This document shows positions 24,870-36,200 of a stretch of DNA of 64,000 nucleotides, piece by piece; position 1 is the stretch's first letter; each line of letters begins with the position of its first letter. Both the position numbers and the translations under genes were made by a program. The stretch is from positions 220,846,001 through 220,910,000 of the forward strand of contig NC_086097.1 in NCBI RefSeq assembly GCF_963921235.1, given 5' to 3'. The stretch comes from Mobula hypostoma. Lineage: Eukaryota. Under the pieces are notes generated by a model, which worked only from the letters and a program-made list of their open reading frames with translations, made no database searches and had not been told where the DNA came from.

Positions 24870-27800
24870 CTTTTTCAAACTTTTTATTAAGTTTCAGATT
24901 AATATACATAACAATATTAATGATACAAAGAGATTGGTATAACATTGATAATTGTTAACATATACAAGCATAATTCGAGTAAAATATATAATTCAAGCCT
25001 CCCAATCTCTAAGTAATTGAACATGAAAAAAGAATTTTATAAAGAACCCCCTAAATTTAAAAAAAAACAAAACAAAACTGGGATGTCTTATTCCTTTGGA
25101 GTCATTAACTCCACTTCTTCATAGAAAACAAAAAATTATTAAAAAAAATAAAAGGGTTCTGAAAGGGACAACTTACTTCATATGAAAGTGTTGAATAAAT
25201 GGTCTCCAGGTTTCTTCAAATTTAACTGAAGAATCAACCATACCACACCTAATTTTTTCCAGGTTTAAACATAATATAGTTTGAGAAAACCATTGAAAAG
25301 TAGTAGGAGGATCAGAATCTTTCCATTTAAGTAAGATGGATCTTTTAGCTATTAGTGTAACAAATGCAATCAAACGGCAAGCTGAAACGGATAAATGACC
25401 AACATCTGTCACTGGTAATCCAAAAACTGCAGTCATAGAGTGAGGTTTTAAATTAATACGCAAAACTGTTGAAATAATATCAAAAATATCTTTCCAATAT
25501 TTATCTAAAAGAGGGCAAGACCAAAACATATGTGTCAGAGAGGCCATGTCAGAATTACATCTGTCACACACGGGATTTATATGTCGGTAAAAACAAACTA
25601 ATTTATCCTTAGACATATGAGCCCTATGGACTATTTAAAATTGTATCTGTGTGTGTCTATCACACATTGAGGAAGTATTAACTAGTTGAAGAATTTTCTC
25701 CTATTTCTCTATAGGTAAAGATACCTGAAGTTCTCTTTCCCATTCATTTTTTATTTTATCAGATGTACCTAGATGTAATTTCGTAATTAAATCATACAAA
25801 ACTGCTATTAACCGCTTCTGATAGGGATTTAAACCTAAAATTTTTTATGTAATATTAGTTGGGTGAAATATTGGAAAGTTAGGTAAAATACCATTCAAAA
25901 AACTTCTAATCTGCAGATATCTAAAAAAATGTGAATTAGGCAACTTGTATTTATTAGATAATTGTTCAAATGACGTGAAACAATTATCCATGGATAAATC
26001 ACGAAAGCATGCTATTTCCCTCATTTTCCATAAGGAAAAAGCTTGATCAATTCCTGAAGGTTGAAAGAAAAAATTAGATATAATAGGACTAGATAAAATA
26101 AATTCGTTCAATTCAAAAAATTTGCGAAATTGAAACCATATTCATATTGTATGTTTAATTATTGGATTAATTATTTGTTTATTCAGTTTGGTTAATGCAA
26201 AGGGGAGCGAAGCTCCTAAAATAGAAACTAATGAGAACCTCTACACAGGCTCACCCTCAAGGTTCACCCATCGTGGACAATGAATTTCATCCCAATCTTG
26301 CGTCCAAAACATTAAATATCAGATATTAATTGCCCGATAATAAAATTTAAAATTCGGCAATGCTAAACCACTGTCCTTTTTTGATTTCTGTAGATATATC
26401 TTACTCAATCTAGGATTTTTATTCTGCAATATATATGAAGAAATTTTAGAATCAATAATATCAAAAAAGGATTTAGAGATAAAAATTGGTACCATTTGAA
26501 ATAAATACACAAATTTAGGTAAAACAGTCATTTTAATAGCATTAATTTGACCACTCAATGATAAGGACAGTGGGGACCATTTAGTAAACAATTGTTTAAC
26601 ATGGTCAATTAAGGGTAGAAAGTTAACTTTAAATAGATCTTTACATTTTTTTACTAATTTTGACACCCAAATAAGTGAAATAATCAGTAATTAATTCAAA
26701 TGGTAATTGTCTATAAATTGGAACTTGCATATTTAATGGGAAAAGCTCACTCTTATTAAGATTTAGTTTATAACCAGAAAAACTACTAAGCTGAGCTAGT
26801 GGTGATAAAACTGCCGGGATGGATTTCTCTGGGTTAGAGATATATAGTAACAAGTCATCTGCATACAATGATACCTTATGCGTCTCCTTCCCATGAGTGA
26901 TTCCAAATATATTGGGTGAATCACGAAAGGCCATTGCCAAGGGTTCCAAAGCTATATCAAATAACAAAGGACTTAACGGACAACCCTGTCTAGTACCTCT
27001 GAAAAGCCTAAAGAAGGGGGATCTCTAATTATTGGTAACTGCGGAAACCAAAGGTGAATGATATATCAATTCAATCCAAGAAATAAATTTTTTGCTAAAG
27101 TTGAATCTCTCAAGCACATTAAATAAATATTTCCACTCAACTCTGTCAAACGCCTTCTCGGCGTCGAGCGAAATAACACATTTGGAACTTTAGATGAAGG
27201 AGTATATACAATATTCATTAATCTCCTAACATTGAAATACGAAAAGCAATTTTTAATAAATCCTGTCTGATCATCAGAAATAATTTGTGGCAATTCCTTT
27301 TCCAATCTATTTGCCATTATTTTAGAAAAAATTTTGGAATCTACATTCAACAAAGATATAGGTCTATATGATGTACAGTCAGTAAGGTCTTTATCTTTTT
27401 TAGGAATTAAAGAAATGGATGCTTCATAAAAGGATTGTGGTAATTTACCTACAAGTAAGGCATCGTTAAAATTTTTACATAGCCATGGTGAAAGTAAATT
27501 TGAAAAAGATTTATCAAATTCTACTGTAAATCCATCCAAACCTGGTACTTTTCCAGTATTCATCACAAAAATTGCTTTCTTAATATCACTTCCATAATGG
27601 ATGCATCTAGTTCTAAGCGTTCATTAAATGGTAATTTCGGAATGTTCAATTTCCTTAAAAATTCATGCATAATGGTAGACTCTTCAGGAAATTCCGATTG
27701 ATATAGAGAGGTATAAAAATCTTGAAAAGATTTATTAATTTTGTCATGATCAACCGTCAAGGTACCATCCTATTTCGAAACTTTACTAATCAAACATTTA

Positions 27801-28220
27801 GCCGAAGCAGCTTTCAGTTGGTCTGCCAATAATTTACCCGATTTATCACTATGTGACTCTTAGTTTTAAGTAATTGATTTTCAATCGGTGAAGTTAATAG
27901 CAAATTATGTTGCATCTGAAGTTCAACCCTCTTCTTATAGAATTCTAAATTAGGAGCAACAGAATACTTTTTACCAATTTCTTTAATCTTATCAATTTCG
28001 TTATTAATTCATTTTTTCAATCCAGCAGAATGTGAAATAATTTGCCCACGAATATATACTTTAAAAGTATCCCACAATATTCCACTGGAAATTTCATCCA
28101 TAGAATTAGTTGAAATGAAAAAAATCAATCTGTTCTTTAATAAAATTGGCAAAATTTAAATCCTGAAGTAAAGTGGAATTGAACCTCCATTGTCTAGCTC
28201 TAGAAGTTACATCAGTGAAT
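24870..28220 (-). mobile_element. L1-clade LINE, 5'-truncated, degraded
   Basis: PGLDGF, YRPISLLNVD, SLYADD, GLALPNF and CDRC..THMFWSC in several frameshifted ORFs; 3' end taataaaaagtttgaaaaag. Confidence 0.92.
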
Positions 28221-29064
28221 TATAGAGCCTCAACATCACATCCCTGCTCTTATATTCTATACCTCTAGAAATGAATGTCAACATTGCATTCACCTTCTGC
28301 ACCACTGACTCAACTTGGAGGTTAACCTTTAGGGTATCCTGCAAAAAGACTCCTAGGTCTCTTTGCATCTCTACATTTTGAATTCTCTCCCCATCTAAAT
28401 AATAGTCTGCTCGTTTATTTCTTCCACCAAAGTGCATGACCATACACTTCCCAATATTTGCCACTTCTTTGCCCATTCCCCTAAACTATCTAAGTCTTTC
28501 TGCAGGCTCTCTGCTTCCTCAACACTACCTGCTCCTCCAACTATCTTTGTATCATCAGCAAATTTAGCCACAAATCCATTAATCCCAAAGTCCAAATCAT
28601 TGACATACGTTGTAAAAAGCAGCGGTCCCAACACCGACCCCTGTGGAGCTCCACTGGTAACCAGCAGCCAGCTAGAATAGGATCCCTTTGTTCCCACTCT
28701 CTGTTTTCTGCTGACCAGCCAATACTCCACCCACGCTAGTAACTTCCCTATGATTCCATTGGCTCTTATCTTGCTAAGTAGCCTCATGTGCGGCACCTTG
28801 TCAAAGACCTTCTGAAAATCCAAGTACACCATCTGTACTGCATCTCTATTGTTTACCCTCCTCGTAATTTCCTCAAAGAATTGCAGGAGGGTTGTCATGC
28901 AGGATTTTCCTTTCAGGAAACCATGCTGGCTTTGGCCTTTCTTGTCATGTGCCTCCACGTATTCCGTAATCTCATCCCTAACAATCAATTCCAACAACTT
29001 CCCAACCACTGATGTCAGACTAACATGTCTATAGTTCCCTTTCTGCTGCCTCCCACCCTTCTTA
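28221..29064 (-). mobile_element. CR1 (nested), 5' part; 28221-28689 duplicates 24390-24869
   Basis: FKKGGRQQKGNYR, QHGFLKGKSC and FADDTK motifs. Confidence 0.9.
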
Positions 29065-30060
29065 AATATGAAAGGTCTGAAGGTAGATAAATCACTTAAA
29101 CCAGATGGACTACATCCCAGGATTCTGAAAGAGGTAGCTGAAGAGATCGTGGAGGCATTAGTAATGATCTTTGAAGGATCATTAGATTCTAGAATGGTTC
29201 CAGAGCACTGGAAAATTGCAAATTTCTCTCCACTCCTTAAGAAGGGAGGGAGGCAGAAGGAAGGAAAATATAGGCCAATTAGCTTGACATCAGTGGTTGG
29301 GAAGATGTTGGGAAACCCATCATTAAATACGAGGCTTTGGGGTACTTGAAGCACATGATAAAATAGGCCAAGGTCAGCGGGGTTTTCTAAAGGGGAAAAC
29401 TTGCCTGATAAAACTGTTGAAATTCTTTGAGGGAATAATAAGCAGAATAGACAAAGGAGAATCGGTGAATGTTGTTTACTTAGATCTTAAGAAGGCCTTT
29501 GACAAGGTGTGGCACATGAGGTTGCTTAGCAAGATAAGAGCACATGATATCACAGGAAAAATCCTAGCATGGATAGAAGATTGGCTAACTGGATGGAGGC
29601 AAAGCATGGGAATAAAGTGGGCCTTTTTGATTGGCTGCCGGTGACCAGTGGTGTTCTGCAGGGGTCGGTGTTGGGATTTGGATGACAGAATGAATAACTT
29701 TGTGGCTAAGTTTGCGAATGATATGAGAAAGGTGGAGAGGCAAGTAGTGTTCAGGAAGTAAATGGTCTGCAGAAGGACAGACAGGTTAGGAGAATGAGCA
29801 AGGAAGTGGCAAATGGTGTAGTGTATAGTGTAGGGAATATAGTGTATAGTCATGCACTTTGGCAGAAGGAATAAAAGTATAGACTGTTTTCTATATGGGG
29901 ATAAAATTCAAAAATCAGAGGTGCAAAGGACTTGGGAATCCTTGTACAAGATTCTCTAAAGGTTAACTTACAGGTTGAGTCTGAGACTGAGAAGGTTAAT
30001 AAATTGCTCGTGATAGAATGGCAGAGGAGACTTGGCCTAATTCTGCTCCTGTGGTCATAT
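29065..30060 (+). mobile_element. CR1 host copy, right part
   Basis: KGLKVDKS.KPDGLHPR, KAFDKV; ends in CR1 3'UTR. Confidence 0.85.
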
Positions 30061-30799
30061 GGCATACCTTTTCACCTCTATGCGCACTGTAACATCAGAT
30101 TAAGATTTCACCTTTGCAGTGGATACTCGAACAAACCATCACCGCTGTTAGAGATTTAGAATGGGGAGGGGTTAATCCATTCAAGTCCAACAATAAGGTT
30201 TCAAAGTTAAAGAAATGTATTGAGCAACTAGCAAAACAATCTTGAAGCAATAAAACTAATGAAACTAAAACTAGTGATATAACAAAATAAAGTCTTAGCA
30301 TAATAAGCATACTTAAGCTTTCAACGTAGTTAAACATAATTGATTTTAAGCAAAGTTAAGCAATGTTTCAGTGAAATTAACCGATCAACAAAAAATATAT
30401 CATACTCAGCTATTTCTAACTCTAACTCTAGACTTAAGTCAAGACAAATCATGAATAAGCATTGATACATGGCTCCTACAGCTTTCACCATTCTCTTCTA
30501 CAGTACAGTGAGTCAATCATACAGGACTATCGATAAAGTTTTGCAGATTATATGCAGAGCATATAGGATTAAGGACAAAGGCCCTTTCTAAGAGCCAAAA
30601 TGGACACATCACGTCAAATTGTCTCCTCCTCTGAGTTTCTAAGATTCTCTGATGTGAGCACATGCGAGTCCATACTAAACTGTAGAGCTGCAGCAGAAGT
30701 GGAAATAAAGGAATAATAACTTGCTTCCTTTAAATAAGATTGATGAACAAGGTACATCACAAAACCTAACACAATTTATTCAAGTCTTAAAGGAAGATA

Positions 30800-31600
30800 C
30801 AGTACTGTGCAAAAGTCTTAGGCCCATATACTTGGCTGCCTAAGACTTTTGCACAGTACTATATTTGTAATGTGGAGTGGAGCACGAGTGTGTAAATCTG
30901 GCGTGAGCAAAGGATGCTGGGAATGGCATGGATGGAGTGCCATGGGGCAGGTGGCAGAGAACAAGTACCAGGGGCAGCACACACAAAATGCTGGAGGAAC
31001 TTAGCAGGCCAGGCTGCATCTATGGAAAAGAGTAAACAGTTGATGTTTTGGAATGAGACCCTTCATCAGGACTGGAGAAAAAAGATGGTCAGTCAGAGCT
31101 TCCAGTCTTTTTCCTCCAGACCTGAAGAAGGGTCTCTGCCTGAAACATGGACTATTTACTCTTTTCCATTGATGCTGCCTGGCCAACTGAGTTCCTAGCG
31201 TTTTGTGTGTGTTACTTTGGATTTCCAGCTTCTGCAGATTTTCTCCTGTTTGAAGTGCTAGGGCAGCAGTTGGCACCGAAACCAGGCAAGGTCATATGAT
31301 TCCCGACAGTTGGTTTATTGATCATTACAGAATGTCAGAATATCACTCTGGTGCTTCCCACTCCCTGTCCTCTCTCTTCCCCTTTTCCGAGCCATAAATC
31401 CCTTCTCCCAAGCCCCCTTCCTACTCTCAGTCCACAAAAGAGACCCATATCAGAATCAGATTTATCATCACTCACATATGTCATGACATTTGTTTGTTTT
31501 TGAGGCAGCAGTACAGTGCAATCCATAAAATTACTACAGTACTGTGCAAAAGTTCGAGGCACCCTCACTATGTATGTGCCAAGACTTCTGCATAGCATTG
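30800..31600. mobile_element. Composite non-autonomous element bounded by Tc1-like mini-hairpins
   Basis: TA-cagtactgtgcaaaagtcttaggc..gcctaagacttttgcacagtact at the left; similar decayed hairpin at ~31537-31600; internal LINE-tail-like segment. Confidence 0.65.
30978..31252. mobile_element. Penelope-derived inverted pLTR pair
   Basis: About 105-bp inverted arms 30978-31085 / 31106-31211, each with a decayed hammerhead. Confidence 0.8.
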
Positions 31601-32654
31601 CATTTTACGGCTGCTGGGGTGGAATCAATTCATTTTATCATGAAGCAATTTATTGCCTCTTACAGGATTCAAAATGCCAAGGCAGTAGTACATCTCCATT
31701 CCAGGCAAGGATGGAAACAAGTACTGCAGTTTTACTTATTTTGGTAAATCGTGTCAGTATGATTTATTCAGTGGCATAAAAAAGTTATCACCAAAACAAC
31801 TCAGGTCTGAGCAGAACTGATGGAATTGGGCAGGAGTTTAGATTCTGTTAAAATAGAATCTAATGCAAATAGTTAAATACCAATCATAAGAAAATCTATC
31901 CAACTCACCCTGCTGTTTTTCGAATTTAAAACCGAGGGAGATGATTTTGGCCCATATCAGCACTGGTTTAGTTCTTCAACAGAATCAGTCAAATAATAAT
32001 GTGGCTTTTCATGTCTTTATGCACTTATTTATTTATATAGTTCATAATACATGAAGTTATAGTTCATATCAATTTCTAGTTGTAGCAAACCAGTACATAT
32101 TCTAAAACCTTTCTTTTTTTTAAAAGAAAAAGGGATCAGTTCCTTGAACATTGTAATCAAAATATTAATAGGACAAGAATTCTTGTCAATAATTTCATAA
32201 CATGTGTAACTGAAATAAACTGATTTTAATGAACTCAATCTATCAAAATTCTTATCAACAGGCATGTAAATTTGCTGCCAAGGATTCTATTACTTCACTT
32301 TTTCAATTTTTTAAATAATGTTCACTGAGTATTATGAGCTAGAACTCGGTGAGTCGGCCAGAACAGGCTAATAGTTCACAAAACGTACTGCAAAAAATGA
32401 AAGGCAAAAGACATTATGTATAACAGTTTATAATAGAGTCTATGGGCTGTTCCAGATCCAGCTGTTCAGTATATTTTTTTCTTTGGTCAGCTAGATTTCT
32501 GACACATGGAAACGCTTCAATTCGCTTAATTCTCTATAAATCTAAGTACTGAGAAAACAAGACTTGAAGCTCAAAGTCTCATGATCAGTGAGCCCTGAAG
32601 TCCAGACCAAAGGTCCAGGATAGAAATCAGCAAGTCCAGAAGTCAAAGGCATAA

Positions 32655-32997
32655 TGTCATAGAGTCATAGAATACTGCAACATAGAAACAGGCCCCTGAG
32701 CCCATCTATTCTGTGCTGAACTATTGTTCTGTCTAGTCCCATCTACCTGCACCCAGACCATAACCCTCCCATCCATGTACCAATCCAAATTTCTCTTAAA
32801 TGTTGAAATCAACCCACATCCGCCACTTATGCTGGCAGTTCGTTCCACACTCTCAACCCCCCTGAGTGAAGTTCCCCCCAAGTTCCCCTTAAACATTTCA
32901 CCTTTCACCCTTAACTAATGATCTCCAGTTTTACCCTTACACAATCTCAGAGGAAAATTCCTGCCTGCATTTATCATATCGATACCTCTCATAATAG
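32655..32997 (-). mobile_element. CR1 3' end (continues at 38301-40640 after the hAT insertion)
   Basis: KGEMFKGN..FKRNLD.YM motif; sequence continuity across the hAT TSD. Confidence 0.8.
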
Positions 32998-33204
32998 CAG
33001 TGGCGTATCTAAGGTATGGCAGGTGTGGCACGTGCGCTGGGCGCTACTTGAAGGGGGTCGCCACTGAGAAGTTTCTATTAAAGTCAGACAAGCCATCCTC
33101 GGATAGTGAAAAAAGAATTTTCTTCTGATGTATGATCTGTCTTTGATTATCATGGGTGAGAAGCACTAGGATGGCCTTATTGCAGTGCATTGTGTAAGAA
33201 GACC

Positions 33205-36200
33205 ATGGAATGTTTCTTCATGAAGAAGAAGGAAAGCGGAGCTGAAGGATGGAAGAGACGAAAGTTGGAGGCGGAGGAAGCCAAGAAGTCGAGCAAGTTC
33301 TTCATGCCCTTCTTGAAAAGCCTGGAACAAGTAGTTCAACACGTTCCATGGAGTCACCTGCACCTGCTACAAGTTTGTTAGAATCCTAACGTGGATCAAG
33401 TACAAATGTGTAACAAGCGGAGGAGGAAGTCAAGTCAGATAAATCCAAGATTAAGAGTGAGGCTGCCACAGAGAACGTGGATACGACAGGAGGGGAAGAC
33501 GATGGTGGTGGTGGTGATGTTGAGATTATTGATGAGATTTTACCTGACGAGATTGAACCTGATGACACTGAACCTAGTGAACTGGATGGTGTCAAAGAGC
33601 CTCGAACTGTCATACCAGAAGTGATTGAACAGCATGACATTGGACTTCTGAAGTTCGACAAAGATACTGGGAAAGCAATTCTGCCTGACGCGTTGAGAAC
33701 AGAAATAATAAAGCTGGGTTCAAAGTATTTCCAGAACAATGAGAGGCCTTTCCTACCAACAAATAACCGCTCAATGAACGAAACTTAGTTCAAGAGGAAA
33801 TTGGGAAATGGTCGTGGTGAGGAAGTGACTCACTCATGGCTGGCCTATTCCATAAGACCATAAGACAAAGGAGCAGAAGTCGGCCATTCGGCTCATCGAG
33901 TCTGCTCTGCCATTTTATCATGAGCTGATCCATTCTCCCATTTAGTCCCACTCCCCCACCTTCTCACCATAACCTTTGATGCCCTGGCTACTCAGATAGC
34001 TATCAATCTCTGCCTTAAATACACCCAATGACTTGGCCTCCACTGCTGCCCGTGGCAACAAATTCCATAGATTCACCACCCTCTGACTAAAAAAATTTCT
34101 TCGCATTTCTGTTCTGAATGGGCGCCCTTCGATCCTTAAGTCATGCCCTCTCGTACTAGACTCCCCCATCATGGGAAACAACTTTGCCACATCCACTCTG
34201 TCCATGCCTTTCAACATTCGAAATGTTTCTATGAGGTCTCCCCTCATTCTTCGAAACTCCAAAGAATACAGTCCAAGAGCGGACAAACGTTCCTCATATG
34301 TTAACCCTCTCATTCCCAGAATCATTCTAGTGAATCTTCTCTGTACCCTCTCCAACGTCAGCACATCCTTTCTTAAATAAGGAGACCAAAACTGCCCACA
34401 GTACTCCTTACCAACGCCTTATAGAGCCTCAACATCACATCCCTGCTCCTGTACTCTATTCCTCTAGAAATGAATGCCAACATTGCATTCGCCTTCTTCA
34501 CTACTGACTCAACCTGGAGGTTAACTTTAAGGGTAACCTGTACGAGAACTCCCAAGTCCCGTTGCAGCTCCGAACTTTGAATTCTTTCCCCATTTAAATA
34601 ATAGTCTGCCTGTTTATTTTTTTCTGCCAAAGTGCATAACCATACACTTTCTAACATTGTACTTCATTTGCCACATCTCTGCCCATTCTTCCAATCTATC
34701 CAAGTCTGTCTGCAGACTCTCCGTTTCCTCAGCACTACCAGCCCCTCCACCTATCTTTGTATCATCAGCAAACTTAGCCACAAAGTCATCTATTCCATAA
34801 TCCAAATTGTTGATGTACAACGTAAAAAGAAGCAGCCCCAACACGGACCCCTGTGGAACACCACTTGTAACCGGCAGCCAACCAGAATAGGATCCCTTTA
34901 TTCCCACTCTCTGTTTTCTGCCAATCAGCCAATGCTCTATCCACGTATGTAACTTTCCCGTAATTCCATTGGCTCTTATCTTGTTAGGTAGCCTCATGTG
35001 TGGCACCTTGTCAAAAGCCTTCTGAAAATCCAAATATACAACATCCACTGCATCTCCCTTGTCTAGCGTACTGATAATTTCCTCAAAAAATTGTAATAGG
35101 TTTGTCAGGCAGGATTTTCCTTTAAGGAACCCATGCTGAGTTCTGCTTATCTTGTCATATGCTTCCAGGTACTCTGTAACCTCATCCTTGACAATCGACT
35201 CCAACAACTTCCCAACCCCCGATGTCAAGCTAACAGGTCTATAATTTCCTATTTGCTTCCTTGCCCCCTTCTTAAATAGCGGAGTGACATTCGCAGTCTT
35301 CCAGTCCTCCGGAACCATGCCAGTATCTATCGACTTTCGAAAGATCATCGCTAATGCCTCTGCAATCTCCACAGCTACTTCCTTCAGAACACGAGGGTGC
35401 ATTCCATCTGGTCCAGGAGATTTATCTACCTTTAGACTATTCAGCTTCCTGAGTACTTTCTCTGTCGTAATTGTGACTGTGCACACTTCTCTTCCTTGCC
35501 ACCCTTGAGTGTCCGGTATACTGCTGATGTCTTCCTCAGTGTAGACTGATGCAAAATACTCGTTCAGTTCCTCTGCCATCTCCTTACCTCCCATTACAAT
35601 TTCTCCAGCATCATTTTCTATCGGTCCTATATCTACTCTCACCTGTCTTTTACTCTTTATATACTTGAAAAAGCTTTTAGTATCCTCTTTGATATTATTT
35701 GCTAGCTTCCTTTCATAGTTAATCTTTTTCCTCTTAATGACCTTCTTGGTTTCCTTTTGTATGGTTTTGAAAACTTCCCACTCCTCTGTCTTCCCACTAA
35801 TTTTTACTTCCTTGTATACCCTCTCCTTTGCTTTAACTTTGGCTTTGATTTCTCTTGTCAACCACGGTTGCATCCTTTTTCCACTCGAAAATTTCTTCTT
35901 TTTTGGAATATACCTGTCTTGCACCTTCCTCACTTCTTACATAAACTCCAGCTACTGCTGCTCTGCCGTCTTTCCCGCCAGTGTCCCTTTCCAGTCAACT
36001 TTGGCCAGTTCCTCTCTCATGCCACTATAATTTCCTTTACTCCACTGAAATACCGACACATCAGATTTCGGCTCCTCTTCTTCAAATTTCACAGTGAACT
36101 CAATCATGTTATGATCACTGCCTCTTAAGGGTTCCTTCACCTCAATCTCTCTAATCACCTCTGGTTCGTTACACAATACCCAATCCAGTACAGCCGATCC

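Noticed and set aside
28395..29354. 319-aa ORF that looks like an RT with a novel N-terminus
   Set aside because: Chimeric read-through from the antisense strand of the + CR1 into the - CR1 at the ~29065 junction
28221..30060. Head-to-head CR1 pieces suggesting twin-priming inversion
   Set aside because: The pieces overlap in ORF2 coverage and the + piece continues the CR1 broken at ~23807, so this is a nested insertion
33477..33788. Acidic ORF as a host gene exon
   Set aside because: It lies inside the hAT TIRs and is part of the transposase N-terminal region
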